From Desulfosudaceae bacterium (lineage in GTDB: Bacteria > Desulfobacterota > Desulfobacteria > Desulfobacterales > Desulfosudaceae): a stretch of 64,000 bases of DNA. The translations under genes were made by a program, and so were the position numbers. The notes beneath the pieces were generated by a model. It did no database searches and had not been told where the DNA came from. It worked only from the letters and a program-made list of their open reading frames with translations. The stretch's first letter is position 1; every line of letters starts with the position of its first letter. Positions 28,033 to 38,517 of the stretch are shown here, piece by piece. The stretch spans positions 2,432,001-2,496,000 of the forward strand of contig CAXXDV010000001.1 of the NCBI GenBank assembly GCA_963674745.2, written 5' to 3'.

Positions 28033-28075
28033 CCGCCAGTCGATCAGGCCTCCCGCCGATAAACAGTTTCCCTGA
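28025..28075 (+). pseudogene. deletion remnant of a hybrid kinase gene
   Basis: Reads MDDRQSIRPPADKQFP*, resembling the joined ends (VDDSQTMK ... LPVEKQHAV*) of 3316..4824, with the same overlap on the upstream kinase stop. Confidence 0.55.
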
Positions 28076-28082
28076 TGCCCTA

Positions 28083-28114
28083 TCCGTTTCCGCAACAATT
28101 GATGCGGAAACGGA
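28083..28114. terminator. hairpin between convergent genes
   Basis: TCCGTTTCCGCA-8 nt-TGCGGAAACGGA. Confidence 0.6.
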
Positions 28115-28128
28115 AACCGGTCCGTTCT

Positions 28129-28512
28129 TTATGAAATAAGACTTTTCACGCTTTCGCAGATATCTTCTGCGGAAGCCGGTTTGGGCAGATAGTCATCCGC
28201 TTGAGTGGACATGCCGTCAAAATGCGAATAGCGGGTTGAGCTGACATGGTCGGCCACGGCTGTCAGCAGAACAATCGGAATGTCCGAATATCTTTCGTCC
28301 TTTTTTAATTCCGCACAGGTTTCATAACCGTCTTTCTCGGGCATCATAACGTCCAGGACGATTGCGTCCGGGGGATTGGCTTGAACTTTTTCGATGGCTT
28401 CAACGCCGTTGTAGGCCGTCTCCACCTGAAATCCCGTATCTTCTAAATATTTTTTTATCATCATGACCAGATCCGGTTCGTCGTCAACGACGAGAATCCT
28501 TTTTTCAGACAT
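28129..28512 (-). CDS. single-domain response regulator
   Basis: Near-identical to 4878..5264 (shared LLTAVADHVSSTRYSHFDGMSTQADDYLPKPASAEDIC). Confidence 0.92.
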   Translation of the reverse strand: MSEKRILVVDDEPDLVMMIKKYLEDTGFQVETAYNGVEAIEKVQANPPDAIVLDVMMPEKDGYETCAELKKDERYSDIPIVLLTAVADHVSSTRYSHFDGMSTQADDYLPKPASAEDICESVKSLIS

Positions 28513-28588
28513 GTGTGTTTAATCCTTATTTTTTAAAATGGTTTCTTTTATATTCTCAGGTGATCAGCGTCGAGATATAAAAAACAAA

Positions 28589-29518
28589 TCATACTTCCGG
28601 CCGCGGGAAAAGCCCCGCGCTTTTGACAATTTCAGGGACTTTTTCCTCCCATTCAATGGCCATGATATGAAATCCCCGCACACCCTCGACTTCTTTCAAC
28701 CGCTGGATGGATTCGATGCAGATTTTAATGCCTTCTTCCGCCTGTTTCTCTTTTGGCGTGTCCGACAGGCGTTTAACAATTTCATCGGGGACATCCATGC
28801 CGGGAACGCGGTTTTTCATGAATTTTGCCATGCCGGCTGATTTCATCGGTGTTATACCGGCCATGATATATACTTTTTCATGCAGGCCGCGGTCTCTGAC
28901 ACCCTTCATCCATTCTTCGAATTTATCCAGGTTATAAATGCACTGGGTCTGGATAAACTCGGCGCCGGCTGCGATTTTTTTCGCAAGCCTGGGGACGCGG
29001 ATTTCGAAAGGATCCGCAAACGGGTTGGCTGCGGCGCCGACAAACATGGCCGGCGGTCGGGATATCTCGTCTCCGCCCAGAAATTTGCCTTCATCCCTCA
29101 TCCAGCGGACCGTCTTCACCAGTTGCATGGAATCAAGATCATGGACATTCTGGCCTTTGGGGCTGTCTCCAAAACTTTGATGATCACCCGACAGGCAGAG
29201 GATATTATTAATATCATATGACGCCGCGCCCAGAATGTCACTTTGTATGGCAATCCGGTTTCGGTCCCGGGTCACCATCTGGAGGACCGGCTCCAGTCCC
29301 ATCTGCTTCAGCCGGATAGAGGCTGCCAGGCTGGACATACGGGCAACCGATGTCTGGTTATCCGTGACGTTCACCGCATCCACGCAACCTCTCAGCAGTT
29401 CCCCTTTTTTGATGATGACCTCCGGGTCACTTCCCCTGGGCGGACCGCATTCGGATGTCACGCCGATATGTCCCGCTGCCATAACCTTCTCAAGTCTGCT
29501 TGGTGTTTTTGCGCTCAT
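28589..29518 (-). CDS. metF: methylenetetrahydrofolate reductase (MetV-associated type)
   Basis: SECGPP, VTDN, RDRNR, LSGD, QTQ, FHIMA; ATGA overlap with the metV stop. Confidence 0.92.
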   Translation of the reverse strand: MSAKTPSRLEKVMAAGHIGVTSECGPPRGSDPEVIIKKGELLRGCVDAVNVTDNQTSVARMSSLAASIRLKQMGLEPVLQMVTRDRNRIAIQSDILGAASYDINNILCLSGDHQSFGDSPKGQNVHDLDSMQLVKTVRWMRDEGKFLGGDEISRPPAMFVGAAANPFADPFEIRVPRLAKKIAAGAEFIQTQCIYNLDKFEEWMKGVRDRGLHEKVYIMAGITPMKSAGMAKFMKNRVPGMDVPDEIVKRLSDTPKEKQAEEGIKICIESIQRLKEVEGVRGFHIMAIEWEEKVPEIVKSAGLFPRPEV

Positions 29519-30183
29519 TCCTGTAAATCCTCTCTGATTATTTTTCTGGGGCCACCGGCTCTGTCGGTGGACCAATCTTTTATATCAAACAGCTTTTCGT
29601 AATCATCCAGTCTGTCCATGGCTTTCAGGCGGTCGATAATCAGTTGCCAGGCGCAGTCCGTGTCCTTGCTTATTTCGCATTTCCCTTTTGTTGAGCCGCC
29701 ACAGGGGCCGTTCAGCACACGCTTGGCGCATCGGGACACCGGGCAGATCCCGCCGGTTAAAGCCAGAACGCATTGACCGCAGGCCTGGCAGCGTTCTCCC
29801 CAGATGCCTCTTTGCTCGGTGGCACCCAGAAAACAGGTGTTGACGCCGGGAAAAACCGGCATCGCCTGGTATTTTTCGGCGGTAAACTGAATGCCGACGC
29901 CGCAGGCCAGTGACAGGATGGCGTCGTAGCTGTCCACATTGTCCCGGATTTCTTCCAGGTACTCATGGTCGCATTGACGCTCCAGGGTTTTTTCGTCAAT
30001 GGTGATCTGTTTGCCTTCTTTCTGAAAATACATGCGCAAGGTTGAGGCCAGTATCTCCACTTCCTTTTTCCCGCCGGCTTCACACACCGTTACGCATTCA
30101 TTACATCCCAGAACAAGGAGGCGTGAATAGTCCTTGACGTAGTCAATGATTTCTTCAATCGGTTTCTTTTCTGCTACTATCAT
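29515..30183 (-). CDS. metV: MTHFR Fe-S subunit
   Basis: MIVAEKKP, GCNECVTVC, ERQC, ACGVG, CQACGQC, GICPVSRCAK, NGPCGG, CAW. Confidence 0.92.
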   Translation of the reverse strand: MIVAEKKPIEEIIDYVKDYSRLLVLGCNECVTVCEAGGKKEVEILASTLRMYFQKEGKQITIDEKTLERQCDHEYLEEIRDNVDSYDAILSLACGVGIQFTAEKYQAMPVFPGVNTCFLGATEQRGIWGERCQACGQCVLALTGGICPVSRCAKRVLNGPCGGSTKGKCEISKDTDCAWQLIIDRLKAMDRLDDYEKLFDIKDWSTDRAGGPRKIIREDLQE

Positions 30184-30225
30184 CTTTTATTCCTTGCTGT
30201 TTGCGATCAATGGTTATCCGCCGTC

Positions 30226-30666
30226 TTACGCGGCTTTCCCTTTAGCGGCTTTATGCCTGTTTACGGGACTGGGACCCAGCCCCATAATTTTTTCATACAT
30301 TTCCTGGGCATATTGGACGAAAAGGGGTGCTTCACCCGAAGATAGGTTATACATCTGCGCCCTTTCACCTTCGATACCGATGGATTCCAGGATATTCTGG
30401 GCCTGCCTGACACGCCGTTTGGCTTTCAGGTTGCCCTGAATATAGTGGCAATCGCCTTCCATGCACCCCACCAGGTAAACACCGTCGGCGCCTTTCTCAA
30501 AAGCCCTCAGAATATGGATGACATCCACCTTACCGGTGCAGGGGACACGAATAATCTTAATGTTGGTCGGGTATTGCAGTCGCATCGAACCTGCCAGGTC
30601 CGCGGCGGAATACCCTCAGTAATTGCAGCAGAATGCGATAATTACGGGTTCAAAAGGGTTTGTCAT
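30226..30666 (-). CDS. mvhD: MvhD/FlpD [2Fe-2S] subunit, selenoprotein (Sec17)
   Basis: MTNPFEPVIIAFCCNY-TGA(30616-30618)-GYSAADLAG continues in frame into ORF 30226..30585; start overlaps the hdrA stop (ATGA). Confidence 0.92.
30586..30602 (-). promoter_or_regulatory. SECIS-like hairpin
   Basis: CGGACCT-GGC-AGGTTCG; G-containing loop starts 21 nt after the UGA. Confidence 0.6.
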
Positions 30667-33600
30667 AAGCCTGTCTCCTCCAGCAGCGCGTCTATTTTAC
30701 TGATTATCTGGGCGTCTTCATACCAGTTCAGATGAATCGCCTTGGCAGGGCATTCCGAGGCGCACACACCGCAACCCTGGCATGAGGCCGGGTCAATCTC
30801 GCTGACGCCTTCTTCGTTTATCCTGGGGACATTGTAAGGGCAGTTCCGGACACAGATAAGACAGGATGCACAATTTTCCTGATCTACCTGGGCGATAACC
30901 GCCGACAAGGTCAGGTTGTTTTTTGATAACAGGGTCGTGGCCCTTGATGCCGCGGCCAGGGCCTGAGATACGGCTTCCGGGATAAGCCGGGGACTGTGGG
31001 CTGTACCACAGACATAGATACCTTCCGTGGCCATTTCCACCGGGCGCAGTTTCACGTGCGCTTCGATCATGTAGCCTTCCCGGTTCCGGCCGAGTTTCAT
31101 AATGGTCCCCAGCTCTTCGGTGTCCCGCGGCCGCATGCCGGCGCTCAAAGCCAGAAGATCGGGTGAAACGCTCAGGCGTCTGCCCAGGACATGGTCCCGA
31201 AAGGTTACCGAAAGGCCGTCCCCTTCTTTTTCAACCAGGGGCGGGTCGTCGGTGGTATACCGGAAGAATATGACGCCTTTTTTGCGGGCTTCGGTGAAGT
31301 AGTCTTCCAGAAAACCATAGGTTCGCATGTCACGATAAAGGACATACACGTCGGCGTCAGGCTTTAACTTTTTAATGGTCAGCGCGTTTTTTACCGCTGC
31401 CTGGCAACAGTATCGGGAACAGCTGGGGTGCTCGTCATTTCTTGATCCGACACATTGGATCATGACGACCTGTTCCAGGTCGTCGGCACCGTTTTCAGCA
31501 AGTCGCTGCGCCAGTTCCGTCTGGGTAACAACCGCCTCGCTTTCTCCATAAAGGTATTCCGTCGGTTCATATTCAGCCGCACCGGTGGCCAGAATGACAA
31601 CGCCGTGTTTTATTTTACGTTCATACATGGCCGGACCGATCAGCACTTCGGTCTCAAAATTTCCTTTAAACCCGGTAAAACCGACGATCAGCGAATTGGT
31701 CAACACCTGTATCCTGGGATGGTTGGTTACCTTTTCGATCAGTCCATTGAGATAAGCCCCGATATCCGCGCCCTCGATCGTTTTGACCAGATTTACGGCC
31801 ATGCCGCCAAGCTGTGCTTCCTGTTCCACCAGGAAGGTCTCAAACCCCTGATCAGCCAGTCCCAGTGCCGCGGTCATGCCCGAGATGCCGCCGCCGACCA
31901 CCAGACCGCTGTTGGTAACGGGAATCATTTTGTCGTGCAATGGATAGAGCGTACCGGCCCTGGCGACAGCCATACGGACCAGGTCAATGGCTTTTTTGGT
32001 GGCTTTTTCCGGTGAGTCGGAGTGGATCCAGGAGTTCTGATTGCGGATATTGGCCATTTCGAACAGATACCTGTTCAGACCACATGCTTCCAGGGTTTCC
32101 ATGAAAATCGGTTCGTGTGTTTTGGGTGAACAGGAGGCCACTACCACACGATTTAACCTGTTCTCCTTGATAATCTCCTTCATGTTGTCCTGCACATCCT
32201 GGGAACAGGTGAACAGGTTGGTGTCGCAATACGTGACGTAAGGGAGGTCTTTGGCGTATTCGACGACTTTGGGGACGTCTACCACACCGGCGATGTTGAT
32301 ACCGCATTTACAGACAAAGACCCCGATCCTGGGCTCTTCTCCGGAAATGTCGGTTTCCTGAGGTACTTCTTCGGTCAGGGTGCAGGTGTCCCGGGCCGGT
32401 GACAGGGTTACGCCGGCACGGCATGCAGCCGCGCTGGCCTGGGTGACAGAATCGGGAATATCTTTGGGCCCCTGGAATGCGCCGCAGACATATATGCCGG
32501 GCCGGGACGTCTCCACCGGCGTGAATGCACCGGTTTCGGCAAAATTATACTTGTTCAGGTTTATGCCGAGCCTTTCCGCCATTTCTACGGTAGACTCGGA
32601 GGGCGTCAGCCCCACGGACAGAACCACCATATCGAAGTCTTCTTCGCAGATATCACCGGCTTCATTGGTGTAGCGCATTCTCAAGTCGCCGGTATCGTCA
32701 ATCGGGACAACGGTATGAACTCTCGCCCGTTCAAAGCGAATACCCTGGCTTTTGGCCCGGTTGTAATAGGCCTCATATTCTTTGCCGAAGGTTCGCATAT
32801 CCATATTAAATACGGTACATTCAAGCTCTCCCTCGGCATGTTCTTTGGCGATCATGGCATCTTTGGTGGCATACATGCAGCAGACCGAAGAACAGTAGCC
32901 ATTGCCGCAACGGTTCATGTCTCTGGAACCAACACATTGCAGCCAGGCGATCTTTTTCGGCAGCTTCAGGTCAAGCGGGCGCTGCAGATGCCCTTGATAA
33001 GGACCGGTCGCGCTCAGTATCCGCTCAAATTCGAGGCTGGTGAGGATATTCGGTGATTGTCCGTATCCGTAAAAATCCAAACGGGAAGGATCAAACGGCG
33101 TGGTGCCGGCGGCAATGATGACCGAACCGGCCTCGACTTCAGTTTTGTTGACGGTATCGCTGTATTTAATGGCTTCGGCGATACAGACTTTTTCACATAA
33201 TCCGCAGCCGATACACAGTTCCGGGTCAATGGCATAGGAGAGCGGGACTGACTGGGCATATCTGATATAGGTCGCGGAACGGGTGTTAAGACTGCAGTTG
33301 AATTCATCCGGTCCTTTAACCGGACAGGCCCGGGCACATTCTCCGCAGCCGGTACATTTGACGGGATCAATGAATCGCGGCCGGTTAATCAGGGAAACCT
33401 GAAAGTTGCCCGGTTCGCCGGATATGGAATCCACTTCAGTATTGGTGATAATGTTGATGTTCAGGTGCCGGCCGACCTCGACCAGTTTGGGTGAAATCAC
33501 TCACATGGTACAATCGTTGGTCGGAAACGTTTTATCCAGCTGGGCCATCAAACCGCCCACAGTGGGTGACCGGTCCACCAGGTTCACATAATAGCCGGAA

Positions 33601-33686
33601 TTGGCCAGGTCAATAGACGCCTGCATGCCGGCAATACCCGCGCCGACCACGACCACGCTGCCTTTGGTTTCAGTACTGTCAGTCAT
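30663..33686 (-). CDS. hdrA: heterodisulfide reductase A-like flavoprotein, long two-FAD type, selenoprotein (Sec62)
   Basis: [14 protein letters not shown](33501-33503)-VISPKL joins ORFs 33501..33692 and 30663..33500; two GxGxxG, two CVGSR, ferredoxin motifs; about 1007 aa. Confidence 0.93.
33468..33485 (-). promoter_or_regulatory. SECIS-like hairpin
   Basis: CTGGTCG-AGGT-CGGCCGG, identical in all three hdrA/hdrL genes. Confidence 0.7.
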
Positions 33687-33753
33687 AGCCATCCTGTTAA
33701 ATAGAGTTCATATGTTTGGTATTCACAATCAATCAAATCTCGATTTCATCCAG

Positions 33754-34515
33754 TCAAGCGGCGGTACGTACGAATTTCGGGTGTTCACCGTCATATCCTT
33801 CCAGTTCCGCCAGCCCGCCTTTTTCAAGTTCAACCAGGCAGTTTGAGATCGTATGCAGATCAAGCCCGGTTTTTTCAGCCAGTTGTCTGACCTGCTGGCC
33901 TTCTGTTTCGGCCAGGGAGACCAGTATCAGTGATTTATTGTACTCATTCCTGATGGCCTCATGCAGCAGCTCCTGATAGTTATCCGGATCAATTTGTTTC
34001 CCGTAAACATTCTGCTGCTCAACCAGTTCTTTTTCCATGCCTGTCAACCAGCGTACCCGCGGCGTTTCAAACGTCCGGCGGATGGCCGCCAGAACCACGC
34101 CATGGGCCTCGACATCAAATTTTCCCAGACCGGCTATGGTATCACTGGCCTCTTGAACATAGTCGGCGAATAATTTACCTTCCGCGGAACTGACCCATCG
34201 AAGTTGCAGTCGCTCGCTGCCGATGCCTGAAAGGTCGAGCAGAAAAGCCAGGGCCGTGATTCTTTTTTGGGCGTAAAGATTACCATCCTGGTAATGACAT
34301 TCACCCGGATGTCACCCGGCCACGAATACGCCGTCATAGCCGTCGATCAGACCGTCGATAATAAATAGCGGATCGACCCGGCCGGTACACATCACGCGTA
34401 CCGGTCGAATGGCTGAGGCATACTGGAAACGGGACACACCGGCCAGGTCCGCGCCGGCATAAGCGCACCAGTTGCAAAGGAACCCCACGATTTTCGGTTG
34501 ATACGTTTCGTTCAT
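33754..34515 (-). CDS. mvhD: MvhD-like selenoprotein (Sec68) with C-terminal winged-HTH-like extension
   Basis: FLCNWCAYAGAD, MCTGRV, VFVAG-TGA(34312-34314)-HPGECHY, read through in frame to ORF 33754..34098; 253 aa. Confidence 0.9.
34279..34295 (-). promoter_or_regulatory. SECIS-like hairpin
   Basis: Perfect ATTACCA-GGA-TGGTAAT; loop starts 24 nt after the UGA. Confidence 0.7.
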
Positions 34516-34551
34516 CTTCTTCCTTCTTTTGGGTTAGGGGTTAATTTTTAA

Positions 34552-37500
34552 TTAATTCCCTGCTGCTACGGCGACGGTTATCTGCAGGTCGCTGAAATGT
34601 TTCATGTCGATGGCTTTCTGCGGACAGGCGGCGGCGCATATCCCGCAACCCTTGCAGAGAGCGGAAATGTTTTCCGCCCGAAAACCAAGCCCTTCAACCT
34701 TTTTCAATCGGATTGCGCCAAAAGAACAGGAGATTTCACATAAACCGCAACCAATACAAAGGTCTTCGTTTACCTGAGAAACAATCGGCGTAATTTCCAT
34801 TTTTTCGCGGGAGAGAACGGTAACCGCGCGTGCCGAGGCCGCCTGGGCCTGGGCGATGGACTCTTCGAGAAATTTAGGATAGTGGGCCAGTCCGCAGATA
34901 AACACACCATCCGTGGCGCAGTCCACCGGTCGAAGTTTGGCGTGGGCCTCGGCCAGGAAGTCTTCGGCATTGGTCGAGACTTTAAACATCCGGGCAATGT
35001 CTGAATGATCGGCCGGTGTGATGGCGGTCGCCAGGTTGACCAGGTCGGCTGCAATTTCAATATTCATACCCAGAATCGGGTCGAACACGGTTACGGCAAG
35101 ACTTTCGCCGGTTTCTTCAACCCGGGGCTTTCGGTCCGTGGTATAGCGGATGAAAATGACGCCCAGTTCCCTGGCTTTTTTATAAAGCAGCTCTTTCTCC
35201 CCGTAAGTCCGGATATCCCGGTAGAGTATATAGACCTGCCTTTCCGGATTCTGCTCTTTTAAGAAAATGGCGTTTTCAACGGAAGCGGTACAGCATATTT
35301 TTGAACAGTATGGCCTGTTCTCATCTCTTGAACCGACACACTGAATAAATACCACGCTCTGTGCGTCGGCCAGGGCGGGATGATCGTGGAAATCATGCCA
35401 GCGGGTGACGCGGTCGCTTTTACCATACAGGTATTCTTCGGTATCTGCCGCCGATCCCCCGGTGGCAAGAATGGCCGCGCCGTGCCGGATTGTTCTGTTG
35501 CCGTCGCCGTTTGCCACTTCGGTGTCAAAATTACCGATGAAGCCGGATACACTGGTGATCCGCGTTGCGGTCATGACTTCGACGTCCGGATGCGCCGAAA
35601 CGTTTTCAATCAATTTGTCCAGATGGTTCCGGACAGCCTGGTTTTTATGGCCGGTCGCCGCTCCGCCTAATTGTTCAGACCGTTCAATTATTACGGCCGG
35701 AAAGCCCTGGTCGGCCAGGCTTATGGCCGCTGTCATCCCCGCAATGCCGCCGCCGATCACCAGCACATGCTTGTCGATGTCGACCGTGGAAGCGGATAGC
35801 GATTCCAAACGGTTGGCCCGGGCCACCGACATGGCCAGCAAATCTTTGGCTTTTTCCGTGGCCGTTTCTTTCTCGTTCGAGTGGACCCAGGTGCACTGGT
35901 TCCGGATATTGGCCATATCGAACAGAAAGGGATTCAGGCCGGCGTTTCTGAGGGTTTCCTGGAACAGCGGCTCATGCGTTCTGGGCGTGCAGGCGGCCAC
36001 GACGACCCGGTTTAAGCCCTTTTCGCTGATTATTTTGGTCATCACGTCCTGGGTGTCCTGGCTGCAGGTAAACAGGTTTTCCTGGGCGTAGGCGACTCCC
36101 GGCAGTGTTTTCGCGTATTCGACGATTTGCGGTACATCCGCTATGCCGCCGATATTGGAACCGCAGTTGCACACGAATACGCCGATTTTCGGTTCATCTC
36201 CGGACACGTCCGATTCCCGGGGGAATTCTTTCTGCCGCGTCAGGGAGCCCCGGGCCGGGGCCAGCATCCTTGCGGCGCTTTCGGCGGCGGCACTGGCTTC
36301 TACCACTGATTCCGGGATGTCCTTGCAGCCCCGGGCCACGCCGGCCACATAAATACCCGGCCGGGATGTCGCCGTCGGAAGCAAAAGGTCTGTTTTAACA
36401 AATCCGGAGTTGTTTAATTCAACGTCGATGCTTGCGGCCAGTTGCACGGTCGCCTTCGATGCTTCCATGCCCACAGACAGCACCGCCAGATCAAATTCTT
36501 CTTCAACAATCTGTCCGGATTCGTCGATATATCTGAATCGCAGGGTGCCGTCCGGTTTCTCGGTGATGGTATGGACTCTGGAGCGGACGAAACGGACGCC
36601 TTCCGTCTTGGCCCGCTCGTAATATTTTTCAAAATCCTTTCCGTAGGTACGGATATCCATGAAGAAAATGGATGCCTCGAAGTCCCCGTGAATATGCTCT
36701 TTGGCAAGCATGGCCTCTTTGAGGGCGTACATGCAGCAGACGGATGAACAGTACTGGTTGTCGCACCGGTTTAAATCTCGGGACCCGACGCACTGGAGCC
36801 AGGCGATTTTTGACGGTTCCTTTCCGTCGGAAATGCGCTTGATGACCCCCTTGGTGGGGCCGCCGGCCGACAGCAGTCTTTCAAATTCGATACTGGTGAC
36901 GACATTGGCGTAGCTGGCGTACTGGTAATTGTCAAGATGTGACGGGTCAAACGGTTTAAGCCCGGTGGTCATGATGACCGCCCCGACGTTCAGTTTAAGA
37001 TCAGCGCCGGTGTCGTCAAACCGGATGGCTTCCGTGGGACAGAACTTTTCGCAGGCTTTGCACCTCCCGTTTTTAAAATAGATACAACTATCGGCGTCAA
37101 TTGCATATTTCAGGGGTACTGCCTGGGGGTAGGGCACATATATGGCCTTGCGGATATCAATGCCTTCATTGTATTCGTTGACGACTTTCTTGGGGCATTT
37201 CTCCGCGCATGCGCCGCAGGCGATACATTTTTCCATGTCCACGTATCTCGGAGACTGCCTGACAGTGACGGTAAAATCGCCTGCTTTTCCGTCAATGGAT
37301 ATCACTTCGGATAAGGTGAGTAACTCGATGTTCAGGTGCCGGCCGACCTCGACCAGTTTAGGTGAAATAATTCACATGGCGCAGTCGTTGGTGGGAAAGG
37401 TCTTGTCCAGCTGTGCCATGACACCGCCAATGGCCGGGGAAGATTCCACCAGGTAAACAAAGTATCCGGAGTTGGCCAGATCCAGGGCGGATTGCATACC

Positions 37501-37584
37501 GGTAATACCGCCGCCGATGACCATGACCGCTCCTGTAAACACTGTTCCGGGCGGGGCGGACTGCGCTTGCTGCTCTGTGCTCAT
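34552..37584 (-). CDS. hdrA: second long HdrA-like flavoprotein, selenoprotein (Sec71)
   Basis: [14 protein letters not shown](37372-37374)-IISPKL joins ORFs 37372..37584 and 34552..37305; about 1010 aa. Confidence 0.93.
37339..37356 (-). promoter_or_regulatory. SECIS-like hairpin
   Basis: CTGGTCG-AGGT-CGGCCGG. Confidence 0.7.
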
Positions 37585-37644
37585 AGGTCTTTCCTTGTTT
37601 TAGCGTTGCCGAAGGCTTTATTCGAGGTTCTGTCTGTTTATGGG

Positions 37645-38517
37645 CTATCCGATGGTGCCCAGTAATTCGGGAAGCTTGTCTTCCCAACCCATGGTGGATA
37701 TACAAACACCACAAAAGTTTTCTTTTTTTAAGGCGGCGATAAGTTCTTTGGCGATTAATACGCATTCACGTGTTTTATCTCCCGCCTTCTGGATTCGTTG
37801 GATCATATCTTTGGGGATTGTAATGTGATCCATGTTTCTATCCATGTATCGCGCCATACCTACGGATTTTAACAGCAGGACCGTAGGGATAATATAGGTG
37901 TGTGTGATGTCAATCTGGTTCAGAAAAGGTTTGAGGGCTGAAATGTCAAAGACGGGCGGGGTGATAAAGAAGCGCGCGCCGCGTTTCTTTTTGTTCTCCA
38001 TTTCCTGAATCTCTTTATCCAGATGGTATTCTTTAACGGATGGGGAAATGGTTGAACCGACAAAAAAATCAGGCCAGCCGTATAGCTCGATACCGGCCAT
38101 GTCACGGCCTGTATTGAGCTGCTGGATCACATCCAGAAGTTGGTCCAGATCAATGTCGTGAACCGGTTTTGCCTGGTGGTGGTCACCGACACTGGGGTCA
38201 TCCCCGGTCACCGCCATGATGTTATTGACGCCACAGGCATAAGCGGAAAGCAGGTCGGCTTGAAGTGCCAGGCGGTTTCTATCCCGGCAGTTGGCCTGGA
38301 TAATGGTTTCCAGCCCTCTCTGTCGAAGGACAAGGGCGCCCCCCAGGGAACTCATGCGCATAACAGCATTACTCATTTCAGGAATTAAAAAAGCGTCTAC
38401 TGCGCCTTTTACCCTGGTAGCCGTGGCCACCATTTTTGACGCGTCAGCGCCTTTGGGGGGGTCCATTTCAGCAAGAATAACGAAATTTCCCGAATCAAGC
38501 CGATCCTTTAATCGCAT
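37645..38517 (-). CDS. MetF/MTHFR-family protein, divergent paralog 2
   Basis: AEMDPPKG, CRDRNRLALQ, VTGD; start ATG 38517 behind GGGAGGA. Confidence 0.85.
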   Translation of the reverse strand: MRLKDRLDSGNFVILAEMDPPKGADASKMVATATRVKGAVDAFLIPEMSNAVMRMSSLGGALVLRQRGLETIIQANCRDRNRLALQADLLSAYACGVNNIMAVTGDDPSVGDHHQAKPVHDIDLDQLLDVIQQLNTGRDMAGIELYGWPDFFVGSTISPSVKEYHLDKEIQEMENKKKRGARFFITPPVFDISALKPFLNQIDITHTYIIPTVLLLKSVGMARYMDRNMDHITIPKDMIQRIQKAGDKTRECVLIAKELIAALKKENFCGVCISTMGWEDKLPELLGTIG

